64,000 nucleotides of DNA, taken from contig OZ024740.1 in NCBI GenBank assembly GCA_964016885.1, positions 273,358,001 through 273,422,000 on the forward strand, given 5' to 3'. The position numbers and the translations under genes were made by a program. Under the pieces are notes generated by a model that was not told where the DNA came from, did no database searches, and saw only the letters and a list, made by a program, of their open reading frames with translations. Shown piece by piece: positions 60,045-64,000 of the stretch. The stretch comes from Eledone cirrhosa. Taxonomy: Eukaryota. Numbering within the stretch: position 1 is the first letter of the stretch; each line of letters opens with the position of its first letter.

Positions 60045-60590
60045 ATATTCACTGAACCAGAACAATTCTCCCAAATCCCATTTCTCCTTGACCATTATCT
60101 TTTGCTTGTCATAAAATTCTCTAAACGACTACAAAATAAATTCCCAAATACGGGCGCGATTTTAATGAATTTGTTCACGTGACAGCCATAATTTCATTTA
60201 TAACCAATCAAATTATATTTATTAAAAAAAGCCTTCGTGAGCCACTTTTTCTAAAGTAAAAAGAAATTCAAACAAACTTACGCGAAAGATGATATACTTA
60301 GTCACGTGACTACATCAACCAACCAAATTTCACTCATATTTGAAAAAACAACCTGCTATATTCACTGAACCAGGACAATTCTCCCATCACATTTCTCTTC
60401 ACCATTATCTTATGTTTGTCATAATATTCTCTAAATGGCTACAAAATAAATTCCCAAATATGGGCGCGATTTTAATGAACTTGTTCACGTGACAGCCATA
60501 ATTCCATTTATAACCAATCAAATTACATTTATAAAAAAAAAGCCTTCGTGAGCCCCTTTTTTAAAGTAAAAATAAATACAAAAACTCATA
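60045..60590. repeat. Direct duplication with ~313-bp period
   Basis: ATATTCACTGAACCAG..GGGCGCGATTTTAATGAA..CACGTGACAGCCATAAT..AGCCTTCGTGAGCC occurs twice. Confidence 0.9.
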
Positions 60591-60970
60591 TATGAAAAAA
60601 AGATCCTGCCCCCCGCCCCCCCTGTTTGAAGAACTTTGTAACGCGAACTGGCGCGAAATTTATTATACTTATTGACCAACCAATCAAATTATTTCTCTAA
60701 AAACCTGGCGTTTCGAGCCACTTTTTTCCATATAAAACAAGTAATATTCAAAGAACAACCAGATGTGAGAAAAACCACAGACCCTCCATCTCAACTCTAC
60801 TTTTGAAAAGCAGAAGAACTGCGAAACCGGTAAAGGAACCAAATAAATATATATATATTTCTTTTAAAAACAAGACTCCAGTTGCATTTTCGATTTCATC
60901 TTTTTTTCTTTATACTTTCACTCGTGTAGGACACTTCGGTTATTTTTCATTTTGTAAAAAAAAAACTCAC

Positions 60971-61010
<40 letters not shown>

Positions 61011-61838
61011 GCCGTCGAGACGGATGAACTTAACATATATATATAGAGAGAGAGAGGAAGAGAGAGATTCTAAATAATTAGCGTCCGACGGCGAGCGAGT
61101 AACTGAATTTTGCTATCCACTCGCAGTTGAAAGGATGTGAGGTTAGCACTACTTTCCCAAGTATTGAGTACTTACCTGAACATCATTTTACTACTCTAAA
61201 CTGGTAGCTCCCAATATCCCTCTCTGCCTGTCACTCTCCCTCTCTCTAGATATATATATATATATAAACAGGAAACACAGGCAAACACATGCGGAGACAG
61301 AGATAAGAATAAATAAATAAATAAAATAGAAATGGCGTAGGCATTACAATACAACTAGATTCATGAAACATAAAGTACCACTGATGATGTCACAGATGTG
61401 TGACGAAAGAACTTTGATAGACTATATATATATATATTTATATCTGTATTTTGTAACCGTTCGTCAACGAATGTTAGACATTGATTACCAGATGAATTAA
61501 CGATGGAGATATAAAAGATATAGAAGCGGAAACCAATCCAAACCAAATTGTGAGTGTTTTCTATTATTATTTCTGACAATATTATAACAATAAGACCCTC
61601 CCCAAATATAACAATATTTGTTTCAACACACGATTTCATATCAAAAATCCTGCAAAACAATATATATACGCACATATATACACATATATACACACACACA
61701 CACACACAGCTACACATATATACACACATACGCACATACATATATACACGTTCTCACGTGCGCGCGCATATACATGCAAACACATATAGATACCTACCCA
61801 CACATTCATATACCCACCTATATATATATATCTATCTA

Positions 61839-61905
<67 letters not shown>

Positions 61906-62172
61906 TGAAGGCCCCAATCGGTCACTCGAAAGGTTCCCTCTGAGGCACAGACCTGAGCAGGGTTTGTTTTGTGGAAGACCAGCAGTCACCCATGCATACC
62001 AGCCTCCCCTTTCCACGCCACCGATGTGATACAGTGACGTCGCAACTCCTCATTTCTACAGCTGAGTAAACTGGAGCAACGTGAAATAAAGTGTCTTGCT
62101 CAAGTACACAACGCATCACCCGATCCGAGGATTGAACTCACCACCTCTCAATTGCAAGCCTCGTACTCTAAC
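61906..62172 (-). mobile_element. Second tRNA-derived SINE family (B)
   Basis: Minus strand has B-box GAGTTCAATCCTC then TTGTGTACTTGAGCAAGACACTTTATTTCAC (CORE/V-like domain); related fragments at ~15455-15560, ~20540-20660 and ~38990-39095. Confidence 0.75.
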
Positions 62173-62262
62173 ATATATATATATATGCAGTTACTCACAC
62201 ACATATACACACACACACATATGTGTGTGTGTGTATGAGAGAGAGAGAGAGACAGGAAGAGG

Positions 62263-62339
<77 letters not shown>

Positions 62340-62892
62340 TGAGAGGGAGAGAGAGGGGGGAGAGAGAGAGAGAATGAGAGAGAGAGAGAGTATGTGAGTA
62401 TGTACTGCACTATAGTAAATAAAGCCACAGAGGCTGTCTTGCAACTAGTGTACATAGGTCACTTCCTGGCAATTCGTTATTCACCATAATCAAAACCAAA
62501 TCACAGACCTTTCCTCGCTTAGGTTTCATCTTTCATCCTACTTTAGAAAGCTCAACAGTGCTGTCAAGGGCGACAGGAACAGTTTTTGAAGAAACTGGAA
62601 GCTCTTGTTCTGGACCTGCACGTTGTCGGCTGAATTGTGATTGCGCTTTTCTGGAACATGTGACTATTTAAGAATCCGGTCCTACATTTGCGCCTGTACT
62701 GACCTATGAGGAAGACCCTAGAAAATGTTGGCTACATATCGTAAGTCAAATCAAATTTGGCTGGGTAACCAGCGGTCGAAATGAAAAGAATTTTATCAAT
62801 CACCCTAAAAAAAATTGAGTCTTCTACTTTACATTCCTATCCATGCTTAGTGAAAAATATAAAAAAGGTACTCATTATATAAAATACATTTA

Positions 62893-63103
62893 ATAATGGT
62901 TTCATATTTAGGCACAAGAGCAACAAACTTAGGGGAAGGGAAAGTGGCTTAAATCGACCACAGTGCGTAATCTGTCCTTTATTTTATCGATTCCGCAAGG
63001 ATGAAACACAAAGCTATCCTTCTCGAAATTTAAACTCAAAACCTAACGGGACGTATCTCTATGCCGCAAAGCATGTTGTCCGGCTTTCTCCCGATACTGC
63101 CAA
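62893..63103 (-). mobile_element. SINE family A, diverged
   Basis: Reverse-complement match to the consensus. Confidence 0.8.
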
Positions 63104-63666
63104 GGCTTTCATTGATGTTTACTTGAATGTACTGTTCCCTGCATAATTTTTTATGTTGCGTTGAAATTATAAATATTGGCATTGCTTCTGGATTTACGGA
63201 ATATGCAATCATCATTTAAAGATTTTTGATCTTTTATCCATGATTGAAGCTATGAATAAATGAAGACATAATAAATGAAGACATAATCGATTCCACAAAC
63301 CAAAAGGGAGCAAGGAATAAGATTATCTGGTATTCACGGTTTTCTCTCAATGATGCATAATAGACAATCTGCTCTCACTACCAAAATAAGAAATAAGGAG
63401 CCCTGGAGACATCCTGTTCAACTAACTCGTCTTTAAATAAATAGTATTAGTATTGCGTATGGGGGAATATAAGTTTACCAAAATCAGACGTCTATATATT
63501 TCTATGATTGATCAAAGTGTGGAAAGGGCCCTCGTTTCTTCTATAGGCTATAGAGTAAGCTATAAGATGCCACTGTTAATATGTGAGGTATTTAAACTAA
63601 GACTAAATTGATATGTTCAATGTTAGCCATCACACACAGCTAGTAAATACAGTTAAGATCTATATA

Positions 63667-63882
63667 AAATGGTTTCTGATTTAGGCCATTAATTTTTTGG
63701 GAAGGGAAAGTCGATTAAATCTACACCAGTGCATTACTGGGACTTTATTTTATCAACCCAATAAGGATGAAAGGCAAAGCTAACTTCGACAGGATTTGAA
63801 CTCAGAACGTAAAGGGGGATATAAACTCTATGCTGCAATGCATGGTATTTTACACTCTACCCATGCTGGCATTTCACCGCCC
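63667..63882 (-). mobile_element. SINE family A, diverged
   Basis: Reverse-complement match to the consensus. Confidence 0.8.
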
Positions 63883-64000
63883 TAGGATCTATATATAATG
63901 GTAAGACAAATTACTAGTGCTGACTAATCTAGTGGGAAGCTGAATACTGAAGACATACTGGAATTCGTCAGCTTAGCCCTGCAAATTATTGAATAATCTG

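Noticed and set aside
61378-61425. HHR-like CUGAUGA-UGUCAC..GUGAC-GAAA
   Set aside because: Stem II is plausible but stems I and III are not convincing, so it is left uncalled.
62547-62746. Possible host exon (TTTAG acceptor, GTAAGT donor)
   Set aside because: All three plus-strand frames contain stops and no protein is recognisable. It could be a UTR or non-coding exon, but the sequence alone cannot support that.

Overview
AT-rich, repeat-saturated animal DNA with no host protein-coding gene I can support. The microsatellite load and SINE families look like an Octopus (cephalopod) genome; this comes from recall of similar sequence and is unverified. Most short ORFs in the track are (TA)n/(CA)n/(GA)n translations. 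Recognisable elements are a near full-length Tx1/L1-clade LINE lacking its endonuclease (2425-6770), CRE- and R4/Dong-type fragments, a Chapaev3-like transposon with TIRs and a TTA TSD (7546-9290), two mariner remnants, a pogo/Tc-type MITE, two abutting Penelope-like elements (PLEs) of different types (52161-55822) and over 20 copies of one tRNA-derived SINE. Main signal: about a dozen type I hammerhead ribozyme (HHR) motifs in short non-coding cassettes, most ending in (TA)n, plus about 15 fold-back palindromes. Several palindromes carry an outward-facing HHR on each strand, consistent with PLE-derived, microsatellite-targeted retrozyme-like elements. Second signal: the SINE shares its 3' end with the Tx1-type LINE and has TSDs starting with ATTAT(T), suggesting a LINE-SINE pair that targets (ATT)n. 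Coordinates were read by eye and are approximate.
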